Origin: a bacterium | Lineage (GTDB): Bacteria > Zhuqueibacterota > Zhuqueibacteria > Oceanimicrobiales > Oceanimicrobiaceae | Length of the DNA stretch: 35,078 nucleotides | Direction: 5' to 3' | Assembly (NCBI GenBank): GCA_046757165.1 | Contig: JBHHXT010000033.1 | Location: forward strand, 1 to 35,078 | Part shown: piece after piece, positions 9,074 through 17,211 of the stretch | Numbering within the stretch: the stretch's first letter is position 1 | Layout of the letters: each line of letters begins with the position of its first letter | Position numbers and translations under genes: made by a program | Notes under the pieces: model-generated | What the model saw: the letters and a program-made list of their open reading frames with translations, nothing else | Told to the model about the DNA's origin: nothing | Database searches by the model: none

Positions 9074-10198
9074 ATGAATACGCCAGGTGAACTCAAGCCG
9101 TCACAACGCATTTTGCTCGGGCCCGGGCCGAGCGGTGTGCATCCGCGCGTCTACCAGGCGTTGGCTACACCGATTTTGGGCCACCTCGATCCGGAATTCT
9201 TGACTATCATGGATGAGATTCAGCAACAATTGCGCTTTGTTTTTCAGACCCAAAATCGGCTGACAATCGCCGTGTCCGGCACAGGGAGTGCGGGCATGGA
9301 GGCCGCTTTCGTCAACGTTCTCGAACCGGGGGACAACGTCATCGTTGGCGTCAACGGCGTTTTCGGCACGCGCATGTCGGACGTCGTTACGCGCTGCAGC
9401 GCCAATGCCATTCAAATCGAGGCGCCGTGGGGCAAGGCCATCGACATTCAGCAGGTGGCAGATACGCTGAAAAAAACAGCAAAGGTAAAGGCGGTGGCAC
9501 TGGTTCACGCTGAAACCTCCACCGGCGTCTTGCAGCCTCTGGATGAGGTTGGCGGTTTGTGCAAACGCCATGGCGCGCTTTTCATCGCCGATGCCGTCAC
9601 CTCCCTGGGTGGCCTGCCGGTCAAAGTGGACGAGTGGCAGATCGACGTTTGCTATAGCGGCACGCAAAAGTGTTTGAGCTGCCCGCCGGGACTGGCGCCG
9701 GTCACGTTCAGCGATGCGGCGCTCAAGGTGGCACAGAGTCGCCCAACCAAAGTGCAGAGCTGGTACCTGGATGTCACCATGATCGCCAACTACTGGGCGG
9801 ACAGCTCGCGCGCCTATCATCACACCGCGCCGATCAGTATGAATTATGCTTTGCGGGAAGCGTTGCGACTGGTTCAGGAAGAAGGTCTGGAGCCGAGATT
9901 TGAACGGCACAAACGCCACAGCCTGGCGCTGCTCAGCGGCTTGCAACCGCTTGGTTTGACTCCGTTTGTCGATGAAGGCATCCGGCTGCCGACGCTGAAT
10001 GCGATACGTGTCCCTCCCAATGTCGAGGAGGCGAAGGTCAGGAGACGACTGCTGCAAGACTACAACATCGAAATCGGCGGTGGACTCGGGGATCTCGCGG
10101 GCAAGGTGTGGCGCATTGGTTTGATGGGCGAGTCAGCCAGTCAGGCCAATGTGGTTTACTTGCTAGCTGCTTTGCAGGAAATTCTTAATGTCAAGTGA
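9074..10198 (+). CDS. Alanine-glyoxylate/serine-pyruvate aminotransferase family (class V PLP enzyme)
   Basis: 'LLGPGPS', '[12 protein letters not shown]', 'VHAETSTGV', 'DAVTSLGG', PLP lysine in '[12 protein letters not shown]', 'WRIGLMG'. Confidence 0.95.
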   Translation: MNTPGELKPSQRILLGPGPSGVHPRVYQALATPILGHLDPEFLTIMDEIQQQLRFVFQTQNRLTIAVSGTGSAGMEAAFVNVLEPGDNVIVGVNGVFGTRMSDVVTRCSANAIQIEAPWGKAIDIQQVADTLKKTAKVKAVALVHAETSTGVLQPLDEVGGLCKRHGALFIADAVTSLGGLPVKVDEWQIDVCYSGTQKCLSCPPGLAPVTFSDAALKVAQSRPTKVQSWYLDVTMIANYWADSSRAYHHTAPISMNYALREALRLVQEEGLEPRFERHKRHSLALLSGLQPLGLTPFVDEGIRLPTLNAIRVPPNVEEAKVRRRLLQDYNIEIGGGLGDLAGKVWRIGLMGESASQANVVYLLAALQEILNVK

Positions 10199-10201
10199 GT
10201 C

Positions 10202-10387
10202 ATGCAAGACACGTTTGAAATCCTCTGTCCTTACTGCGGCGAACCCAACGAGATCTATGTCGATTACTCTGGTGGGCCGGTGCAGACCTACGTGGAGGAT
10301 TGTCAGGTTTGCTGCCAACCCTGGCAAGTCCGGGTGGAGATCTTCGAGGATGAGCCCGTGGTACAGGTCATGCGCAGCGATGAGTAA
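10202..10387 (+). CDS. CPXCG motif-containing cysteine-rich protein
   Basis: 'CPYCGE...YVEDCQVCCQPW' matches the Cys_rich_CPXG family; starts 3 nt after the upstream stop. Confidence 0.9.
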   Translation: MQDTFEILCPYCGEPNEIYVDYSGGPVQTYVEDCQVCCQPWQVRVEIFEDEPVVQVMRSDE

Positions 10388-10397
10388 ACGATTATTT

Positions 10398-10422
10398 CAC
10401 ACGGATCAAAAACCCACACCGA
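10398..10422 (+). repeat. Dispersed 25-bp CACACGGA repeat, copy 1
   Basis: CACACGGATCAAAAACCCACACCGA; 23/25 identical to 15383-15407. Confidence 0.75.
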
Positions 10423-10435
10423 CGCTGCGAAAAAA

Positions 10436-10547
10436 GTCATTTAGCGCTTCGCGCCGTCATTTGCCTTACGTCGTCATTTGGTCCTTGTTTGCTCAATGAC
10501 GCCCGCAGGGCAAATGACAGCAAATGACGAGCGAAGCTCAAAAGGAC
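10436..10547. repeat. GTCATTTG/CAAATGAC compound hairpin element
   Basis: Three GTCATTT units on the left arm and three (A)AATGAC units on the right arm, with GCTTCGC/GCGAAGC complementary inserts. Confidence 0.8.
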
Positions 10548-10638
10548 GGTGTTTTCAGCGAACGATTGACCCAAAGATTATCGACAATACTTTGTCGATA
10601 TCTGGCGCCAAGCGCCTAGTTCTCGAATCAATCTGGAC

Positions 10639-11091
10639 ATGCCAAACATAGAAGAGCTCACCAAAGACTACCCGCTTTCGATTGAAATCCCCGTCGCCTG
10701 GGGAGAAATGGATGCGTTCCAGCATGTGAACAATATCGTCTATTTTCGCTATTTCGAAAGCGCCCGCATCGCTTACTTTGAAAGAATCAACTATATCCAA
10801 TTCACCGAAGAACAGGGTCTTGGGCCGATACTGGCCTCCACGCACTGTACCTTCAAATATCCTTTGACCTACCCGGACCGGGTGACCGTAGCGACAAAAG
10901 TCTCGGAAATCCAGGAGGACAGATTTACCATGGACTACCTGGTCCTGAGCCAGGCATCTGGAAAAGTCGCAGCACAGGGACAGGGCCTGGTTGTTTCATA
11001 CGACTACAGAAACAGGAAAAAGGCATTGTTACCCATCGAGATCCGGCAGCGAATTCTCGACCTCGAGGCGACAACGGAGAAACACGAGTGA
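10639..11091 (+). CDS. Acyl-CoA thioesterase (4HBT/YbgC hot-dog fold)
   Basis: 'VAWGEMDAFQHVNNIVYFRYFESARIAYF' motif. Confidence 0.93.
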   Translation: MPNIEELTKDYPLSIEIPVAWGEMDAFQHVNNIVYFRYFESARIAYFERINYIQFTEEQGLGPILASTHCTFKYPLTYPDRVTVATKVSEIQEDRFTMDYLVLSQASGKVAAQGQGLVVSYDYRNRKKALLPIEIRQRILDLEATTEKHE

Positions 11092-11155
11092 ACCGAGCTC
11101 GTGTGAACTTTTGCTGCCTCAGCCTGTTTAGGAGGGAATTCAAGTTCGCGAACCC

Positions 11156-11863
11156 ATGACCTCTCAGCTTTCAGAAACAGCTAGCCCACCTCCACAGCAG
11201 CGGTTGAGCACCTACGAAGGCCTTTATGTCGGGTTCATGGCCGTATTTGTCACCTTCGTCCTCTTGACCAACACGGTCGGCGTGAAGCTTTTCGATGCGT
11301 TTGGCAGAATTTTGCCGGTCAGCATCCTGTGGTTTCCGCTCACTTTTTTGATCACGGATGTCGTCTCGGAGATGTACGGCGCACGCCGGGCGCAATATCT
11401 GGTCATCATGGGGTTTGCCATGAGTCTCCTGCTCCTGGGCTTCTCCCTGGCCGGCATCAACCTGTCGGCTGCGAGCGTCTATCCCTTGCAGAAAGACTAC
11501 CACAACATTTTCGGCCCGGTCTGGCGGCTGCTGTTTGGCTCCATGGCGGCCTACCTGTTGGCACAAATGATCGACGTCCGGCTGTTCCACTTCTGGAAGA
11601 AACTCACCAGGGGCAAACATCTCTGGCTGCGCAACAATGCTTCAACCATGCTCTCCCAGTTCGTGGACACCTTTACGGTGAACACGATTTTTCTCTATAA
11701 GAACCCGACTGTCTTTACAGGCTCGTTTGCAGACTTGATGGGCATTATCATGGGAGTTTATGTTTTGAAAGTCATCATAGCGGCCCTGGATACTCCTTTA
11801 TGCTATCTGGGCGTTCGGATGGTCGAGCGTGCCACCGGCGTAAAAGGAAGCGAGATCGCCTGA
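11156..11863 (+). CDS. yhhQ: Queuosine precursor transporter (YhhQ/Vut_1)
   Basis: Multi-pass membrane protein; 'FPLTFLITDVVSEMYG', 'LWLRNNASTMLSQFVDT', 'K..IAALDTP'. Confidence 0.9.
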   Translation: MTSQLSETASPPPQQRLSTYEGLYVGFMAVFVTFVLLTNTVGVKLFDAFGRILPVSILWFPLTFLITDVVSEMYGARRAQYLVIMGFAMSLLLLGFSLAGINLSAASVYPLQKDYHNIFGPVWRLLFGSMAAYLLAQMIDVRLFHFWKKLTRGKHLWLRNNASTMLSQFVDTFTVNTIFLYKNPTVFTGSFADLMGIIMGVYVLKVIIAALDTPLCYLGVRMVERATGVKGSEIA

Positions 11864-12052
11864 TCCTGCGAAATTTTGTTTGAGTGTCATGGTATTCCTT
11901 GATTCCTTTTCCTCTATTTCTTACCTTGCCTTTGGCCTCAGCTCCTCCCAGAGCGAATGTCAACCGGAAGTGAAAACAGCCATTCAGGAGTCACCGAGGA
12001 TTGCGATCGAGCAAACGGCCCGCAATTCTCGCAGAATTGGATGGAGAGAATT

Positions 12053-14533
12053 ATGAAGCTTTTCGCTGCCCTGCTTCTGCTTTTTCCCGTTACCGTTGCC
12101 ACGCAATCAAGTTCTCCCCCAAATGAGGCCATCGACCTCCCGACAATCCAGGAAAAGACCAGAGAGATGCAAAAATCTTCCGGCTTTTTCGATTTTTACT
12201 GGGGCGAAAAGAAAGGCAAGATGTGGCTGGAAATCAGCAGGTGGGATGAGGAGATTCTGTACGTCAACTCCCTGCCCTCCGGTGTGGGTTCAAATGACAT
12301 CGGTCTGGACCGCGGGCAAATCGGCGCCAGCCGTGTGGTCAAATTCCAGCGCGTGGGCCCGAAAGTGCTTCTGGTGCAACCCAATTATGCCTACCGTGCC
12401 GTTAGTGATAACATCGCTGAGCGCCGGTCTGTGGATGAGGCGTTTGCGCAATCCATCTTGTGGGGATTCAAAGTTGCAGCAGAGGAGGGCGCCAGGGTTC
12501 TGGTGGACGCCAGCGACTTCTATCTGCGTGACGCACATGATGTGATCGGGACACTCGAGCGACGCGAACAAGGCAGCTACAAAGTCGACCTCTCCCGCTC
12601 GGCTTTCTACCTGCAGCGGACGAAGAACTTTCCACTCAACACCGAAGTCGAGGTGACGCTGACCTTCGTTGGGGATTCCCCCGGCGACGATGTTCGCCAG
12701 GTCGTGCCCACGCCTGAAAACATCACGGTGCGCCAACACCATTCCTTTGTTCAGCTTCCGGATGAGAAATATGAAGCGCGCGTGTGGGACCCCAGGGCGG
12801 GGTTTTTCAGCATTCGCTACCAGGATTACGCCACGCCGATCTCCGAGCCGCTGCTGAAGCGCTTTATCGTACGCCACCGGCTGCAGAAGAAGAACCCCAA
12901 TGCGACGGTGAGCGAGGCGGTCGAGCCTATTGTCTACTATGTCGACGCCGGCGCGCCGGAGCCCATTCGCTCGGCATTGATCGAGGGCGCACGCTGGTGG
13001 AACGAGGCGTTTGAGGCCATCGGTTATCAGGACGGTTTTCAGGTTGAGGTTTTGCCGCCGGAGGCAGACCCGCTCGACATTCGCTACAATGTCATCCAAT
13101 GGGTGCACCGCTCGACGCGCGGCTGGTCCTACGGCAGCGGTGTCATCGACCCGAGAACCGGCGAGCTTATCAAAGGTCATGTGTCGCTCGGGTCGCTGCG
13201 CGTGCGGCAGGACTACTTGATCGCCGAAGGGCTGCTTGCCCCTTATGCGCAGGGCCAGCCCCTCTCGCCGCAAATGCAGGAGATGGCTTTGGCGCGGTTG
13301 CGCCAGCTCGCTGCGCACGAAGTCGGGCACACGCTCGGCCTTTCGCACAATTTCGCCGCCAGCGTGTCGAGTCGTGCCTCCGTGATGGATTATCCTCATC
13401 CCTATGTCACGCTCAAAAATGACGGGGCATTGGATTTCTCGCGTGCCTATGCCGTCGGCGTCGGGGCGTGGGATAAAGCTGCCATTGCCTATGGCTACCA
13501 GGATTTCCCTGACCAGTCCGACGAGCAAGAGGAGTTGCAGAAGACCATCCAGAGCACCATCGCCGAGGGTCTCATTTTCATCTCCGATCAGGACGCACGG
13601 CCGGCCGGAGGCGCGCATCCATTCGCTCATCTCTGGGATAACGGCCCGGACGCAGTGCAGGAGCTTTATCGCGTGATGAAGGTACGCGCCAACGCGCTGA
13701 AACGTTTTTCGCAACACAATATTCGCGTCGGTGCCCCATTTGCCACGCTCGAAGAGGTGCTGGTGCCGCTGTACATGTCGCACCGCTACCAGATAGAGGC
13801 CACTTCCAAGTTGCTGGGCGGTTTGTACTACACCTACGCCGTTCGCGGCGATGGCCAGAGGATTTCCGAAATCGTCGCACCTCTGCGCCAGCGCCTGGCG
13901 CTCGACGCCTTGCTTGCCACCCTCACCCCCGAGGCGCTGGCCATTCCCGAAAGCGTTTTGAATCTCATCCCCCCGCGGGCGTTTGGCTACAGCCGTGGCC
14001 CGGAGACGTTCAACATCCGCACAGGCGTAACGTTCGACCCGCTGGCCGTAGCAGAAACGGCGGCGAACGAAACCGTGCGCTTGATCTTGCATCCGGCACG
14101 CACCGCGCGCCTGGTTGAATACCACGCTCGCGACAGCAAGCACCCCGGTTTCCTGGAAGTCGTTGACAAGCTGATCCAATCAACCTGGCACGCGCACCGC
14201 AGCACAGGATACCCTGCTGAAATACGACGGGGGGTAGACAATATCGTGCTCCAGCATCTCATGCTTCTGGCAGCGGATGACCAGGCGGCGACGCAAGTGC
14301 GCGCCATTGCCGCACTCAAAATCGACCAATTGAAGAAGTGGCTGACAAAACAGCTCGACCACGCGGGCGATGAGCGTCAGAAGGCTCACATGAAATTCGC
14401 TATTGCTCAGATAGGCCGATTCCAGAGGAATCCGAAACACATCCACCTGACCCGGCCGGTTCCGCCGCCCGCCGGATCGCCCATCGGTTCGGATTGTGCT
14501 TCATGGTGTGGATGGCAAGCGGGGCAGTTTTAG
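12053..14533 (+). CDS. Secreted zinc-dependent metalloprotease (DUF5117/DUF4953, EcxA-like)
   Basis: Signal peptide MKLFAALLLLFPV (ATG 12053 after GGAGAG); 'HEVGHTLGLSHN' zinc motif and 'SVMDYP' Met-turn. Confidence 0.92.
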   Translation: MKLFAALLLLFPVTVATQSSSPPNEAIDLPTIQEKTREMQKSSGFFDFYWGEKKGKMWLEISRWDEEILYVNSLPSGVGSNDIGLDRGQIGASRVVKFQRVGPKVLLVQPNYAYRAVSDNIAERRSVDEAFAQSILWGFKVAAEEGARVLVDASDFYLRDAHDVIGTLERREQGSYKVDLSRSAFYLQRTKNFPLNTEVEVTLTFVGDSPGDDVRQVVPTPENITVRQHHSFVQLPDEKYEARVWDPRAGFFSIRYQDYATPISEPLLKRFIVRHRLQKKNPNATVSEAVEPIVYYVDAGAPEPIRSALIEGARWWNEAFEAIGYQDGFQVEVLPPEADPLDIRYNVIQWVHRSTRGWSYGSGVIDPRTGELIKGHVSLGSLRVRQDYLIAEGLLAPYAQGQPLSPQMQEMALARLRQLAAHEVGHTLGLSHNFAASVSSRASVMDYPHPYVTLKNDGALDFSRAYAVGVGAWDKAAIAYGYQDFPDQSDEQEELQKTIQSTIAEGLIFISDQDARPAGGAHPFAHLWDNGPDAVQELYRVMKVRANALKRFSQHNIRVGAPFATLEEVLVPLYMSHRYQIEATSKLLGGLYYTYAVRGDGQRISEIVAPLRQRLALDALLATLTPEALAIPESVLNLIPPRAFGYSRGPETFNIRTGVTFDPLAVAETAANETVRLILHPARTARLVEYHARDSKHPGFLEVVDKLIQSTWHAHRSTGYPAEIRRGVDNIVLQHLMLLAADDQAATQVRAIAALKIDQLKKWLTKQLDHAGDERQKAHMKFAIAQIGRFQRNPKHIHLTRPVPPPAGSPIGSDCASWCGWQAGQF

Positions 14534-14790
14534 ACCGCGAGTCTGGTTTGAGAGTTATCGACCGGCGTGACGCTCATAAATTTCAGAGCGGCGGTTGAAA
14601 AGACAGGCAAAAGCCGTCGAACAAATGTCGTCAGTAGGCTGTTATGCTTCTGCACATTGTGTCTTTCTGAGTATAAATAGTAGTTAAACGAACCTGCTTT
14701 TTCGTTCTGTCACCTGCGAGTTGTTCATCGAGAAGCGCTCGCAATGAGATCAAGAGTCGAGGGTTGGTTCAATAACGCATAAGGTCCGTC

Positions 14791-15306
14791 ATGAAAGTAC
14801 GTATTCTCAACGCCTCGGATGCGAAGGCGTATCGCGAGCTCAGGCTCAAAGGTCTTAAGGAGTCCCCGCACGCATTCGGCGAGAGCTACGAGGATGAGTG
14901 CGAGAAGTCCTTACCTGAAATCGCCGAGGAGCTCACCCCATTTGGCAACCCCCCAGAGCAATTCACTTTGGGCGCGATTTCGGAGCAGGGTGGTCTTTTG
15001 GGCGTGGTGACCTTCAAACGCGACACCCGCAGCAAAGCACGCCACAAAGCGATGCTCTATGCCATGTACGTCCTGCCCGAGGCCAGACATCATGGCGTCG
15101 GCCAGGCGCTGCTTGCAGAAATTGTCGCCAGGGCCAGGCACATTGAAGGGCTGGAGCAAATTCATCTCTGGGTCTTGCACGCCAGCCGGTCGGCGGCTGA
15201 TTTCTACAAACAATGCGGCTTTGAATTCCAGGGACCGCGGATAAAGGGAGACTTGAAAATCAGCGGCGAGTATGTCGATGCGCAATACATGGTGCTTCGT
15301 CTTTGA
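14791..15306 (+). CDS. GNAT family N-acetyltransferase
   Basis: 'MYVLPEARHHGVGQALL' acetyl-CoA motif A; 'A.DFYKQCGF'. Confidence 0.92.
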   Translation: MKVRILNASDAKAYRELRLKGLKESPHAFGESYEDECEKSLPEIAEELTPFGNPPEQFTLGAISEQGGLLGVVTFKRDTRSKARHKAMLYAMYVLPEARHHGVGQALLAEIVARARHIEGLEQIHLWVLHASRSAADFYKQCGFEFQGPRIKGDLKISGEYVDAQYMVLRL

Positions 15307-15382
15307 TGAACGCCTTGTTTCGCAGCACGTCGTTAGTGTAGAGCTCAGCGAAAACGTTATGAGCCGAAGATCAGAAGTCTGC

Positions 15383-15407
15383 CACACGGATCAAAAACTC
15401 ACACGGA
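15383..15407 (+). repeat. Dispersed 25-bp CACACGGA repeat, copy 2
   Basis: CACACGGATCAAAAACTCACACGGA; matches 10398-10422. Confidence 0.75.
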
Positions 15408-15454
15408 AAAACCTTTTTTTGCAAATGTTCCTCCTGCAAAAACAAGAATCTTAC

Positions 15455-15718
15455 TGATAATCTACAACCCAAGATGTCGACGTAGCCGTTGCTGCAGTAC
15501 TGAATTCCGCGATCGGAGTGATGAATTGAGGTTTCAGGATTTTCGACGCCCCTGAGAACCATTCTAAGCGCTCTTTGACATCCTTCGATGGCTAAACTCT
15601 GAGATAAATCCCAGCCGACGATCTTGCGTGAGTACAGGTCGGTTATCAGAGATAGATAGCAGAATCCTTCACAGGTACCCAGATAGGTGATGTCTGAAAC
15701 AAACACTTATCAGGACGG
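15455..15718 (-). pseudogene. IS3-family transposase fragment (rve integrase core)
   Basis: 'FVSDITYL...[16 protein letters not shown]...[12 protein letters not shown]'. N- and C-terminal parts are missing, with an apparent 1-nt loss just before 'VFVSD'. Confidence 0.9.
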
Positions 15719-15880
15719 GACAAACTTCAATCTACAAATCACAGTGAACAAGAAAACAGCCTCAACGCCACTTCAAAACCTTTGTTTTTGTTTGAGATTT
15801 CGGAAATTGGGCATTGGTTTTATTTGTTATGTGGCTTTTGCGATTTGTGATTTCAAGTCTTGCCCCAAAATGACAGAACT

Positions 15881-16858
15881 TCACTGTGGCAAGTATTTCT
15901 TGGGAAACTTCGCCACCACGGTGTACTGTGGATCGACGATGTTTGCGACCGTGGCGCTGCCGACCTGCGATAAGACCTGATACCCTTCCCACCGGTCGAA
16001 GCCATAGTCCGCTTCTAACCATTCGACCAATTCAACGTGTGCCAGCCGGAAGGCATCGATAAGCGGGCGAGCGCTCCCCGCGACCATGATAAATTCATCA
16101 TCTTCGATGCGCGGCCAATCGATGGGTTTGTTCTTGATCAAGTCGAATTGCAGGATGACATCCATCGTGGCCTCCAGGCCCGTGCCTGCGATTTCCCCCT
16201 CGCCTTGCAGGGCGTGACCATCACCGAAGTAAAAGAGCGCGCCGTCATGAAAGACAGGCAGATAAACCGTGGCGCCGGCGCGAATTTCGGGCGCGTCCAT
16301 GTTGCCGCCGAAATCCCCGGGCCAAAGACCGGGGAAAGATTCCTCGCCTTTGGGCGCGACGGCAACACGACCAAGCATCGGCGCCAGCGGCACTTCAATT
16401 CTCTGCAATTTGCTCCGCTTCAAGTCGAGAAAGGCGATGTTTTTCTCTGTATCCACTCGCCACAGGTACCGCTCTGCCGGAACCTGTGGATTCAGCATGC
16501 GGACGCGCACATCACTTGCCAGACCTCCAAAGTTCGGGTTGATGCGGGCCGGCGCCAGATCCCGGTTTGGCTGCACCTTCAAGATCTTCACCACCAACTG
16601 GTCTTTCGGCGTCGCCCCCTCGATGTAGATAGGGCCGACTTCGCCCGGCCAGGCCCCTCCCTCTTCTGTATAATAGGCGCCCATCAGAGATTCGCTCACC
16701 AGCACGTCTCCCGGTTTGAGGCGCAGAACCGGCGCGCGAACCTTGAAGGCCTTGAAGCCGACTTTCTGGGTGAAGCGCGTGGTGTCTTGCGAAAAGGCGA
16801 AGCCTGGTAGCAACAGGAGCAGCGCCAGACAAGCTATTTTATCTCTGGAAACAAACAT
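15881..16858 (-). CDS. Acetamidase/formamidase family protein with signal peptide
   Basis: 'GPIYIEGA.P.D.L.V.I', 'GGNMD', 'YFGDGHALQGEGE'. ATG 16858 follows AAGGAGG; hydrophobic N-terminus ending AFS-Q. Confidence 0.9.
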   Translation of the reverse strand: MFVSRDKIACLALLLLLPGFAFSQDTTRFTQKVGFKAFKVRAPVLRLKPGDVLVSESLMGAYYTEEGGAWPGEVGPIYIEGATPKDQLVVKILKVQPNRDLAPARINPNFGGLASDVRVRMLNPQVPAERYLWRVDTEKNIAFLDLKRSKLQRIEVPLAPMLGRVAVAPKGEESFPGLWPGDFGGNMDAPEIRAGATVYLPVFHDGALFYFGDGHALQGEGEIAGTGLEATMDVILQFDLIKNKPIDWPRIEDDEFIMVAGSARPLIDAFRLAHVELVEWLEADYGFDRWEGYQVLSQVGSATVANIVDPQYTVVAKFPKKYLPQ

Positions 16859-16889
16859 GCCACCCTCCTTAAATGAAGAAAAAATGATT

Positions 16890-16950
16890 CTACACAGTTT
16901 GCAATTGTGTATCCCGCCGGGATTTGTACCCAAAATCCTGTTTCAAGCCG
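16890..16950 (+). repeat. TTGCAA double-palindrome element, degenerate copy A
   Basis: CTACACAGTTTGCAATTGTGTA...GGATTTGTACCCAAAA aligns with copies B and C. Confidence 0.75.
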
Positions 16951-17020
16951 GAGTGAAAAGCTTCAGCTTTTCAGGTTCTTGCGAAGTTTAAGTATCGCCA
17001 TGCTGAAGCATTGCACTCCT

Positions 17021-17091
17021 GTTTGCAACTGCGTATACCTCTCGGATTTGTACCCAAAACACGGTTGCAAACCGTGTTGGATCAGGTTTGA
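17021..17091 (+). repeat. TTGCAA double-palindrome element, copy B
   Basis: 65/71 identical by manual alignment to the reverse complement of copy C; contains ACACGGTTGCAAACCGTGT. Confidence 0.9.
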
Positions 17092-17211
17092 CCTCTTGAG
17101 GCCATTTGCTGGAACCGTTTGAAGCCAATTTCTGACCAAGGCCGAGCGCCAACAGCGAAATGCCAATAGCTTGACAGTTCCAGGTGTGAGGCATCGCAGC
17201 ATTTCGGCGCA

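Noticed and set aside
9101..10057. 318-aa minus-strand ORF
   Set aside because: Antisense to the well-supported aminotransferase.
11092..11155. preQ1 riboswitch upstream of yhhQ
   Set aside because: The gap is only ~64 nt and lacks the preQ1-I stem-loop and A-rich tail pattern.
11889..12056. ~55-aa ORF overlapping the metalloprotease start
   Set aside because: No clear RBS or motif; likely a chance ORF.
12290..14179. 629-aa minus-strand ORF
   Set aside because: Lies wholly antisense to the metalloprotease; no domain signature.
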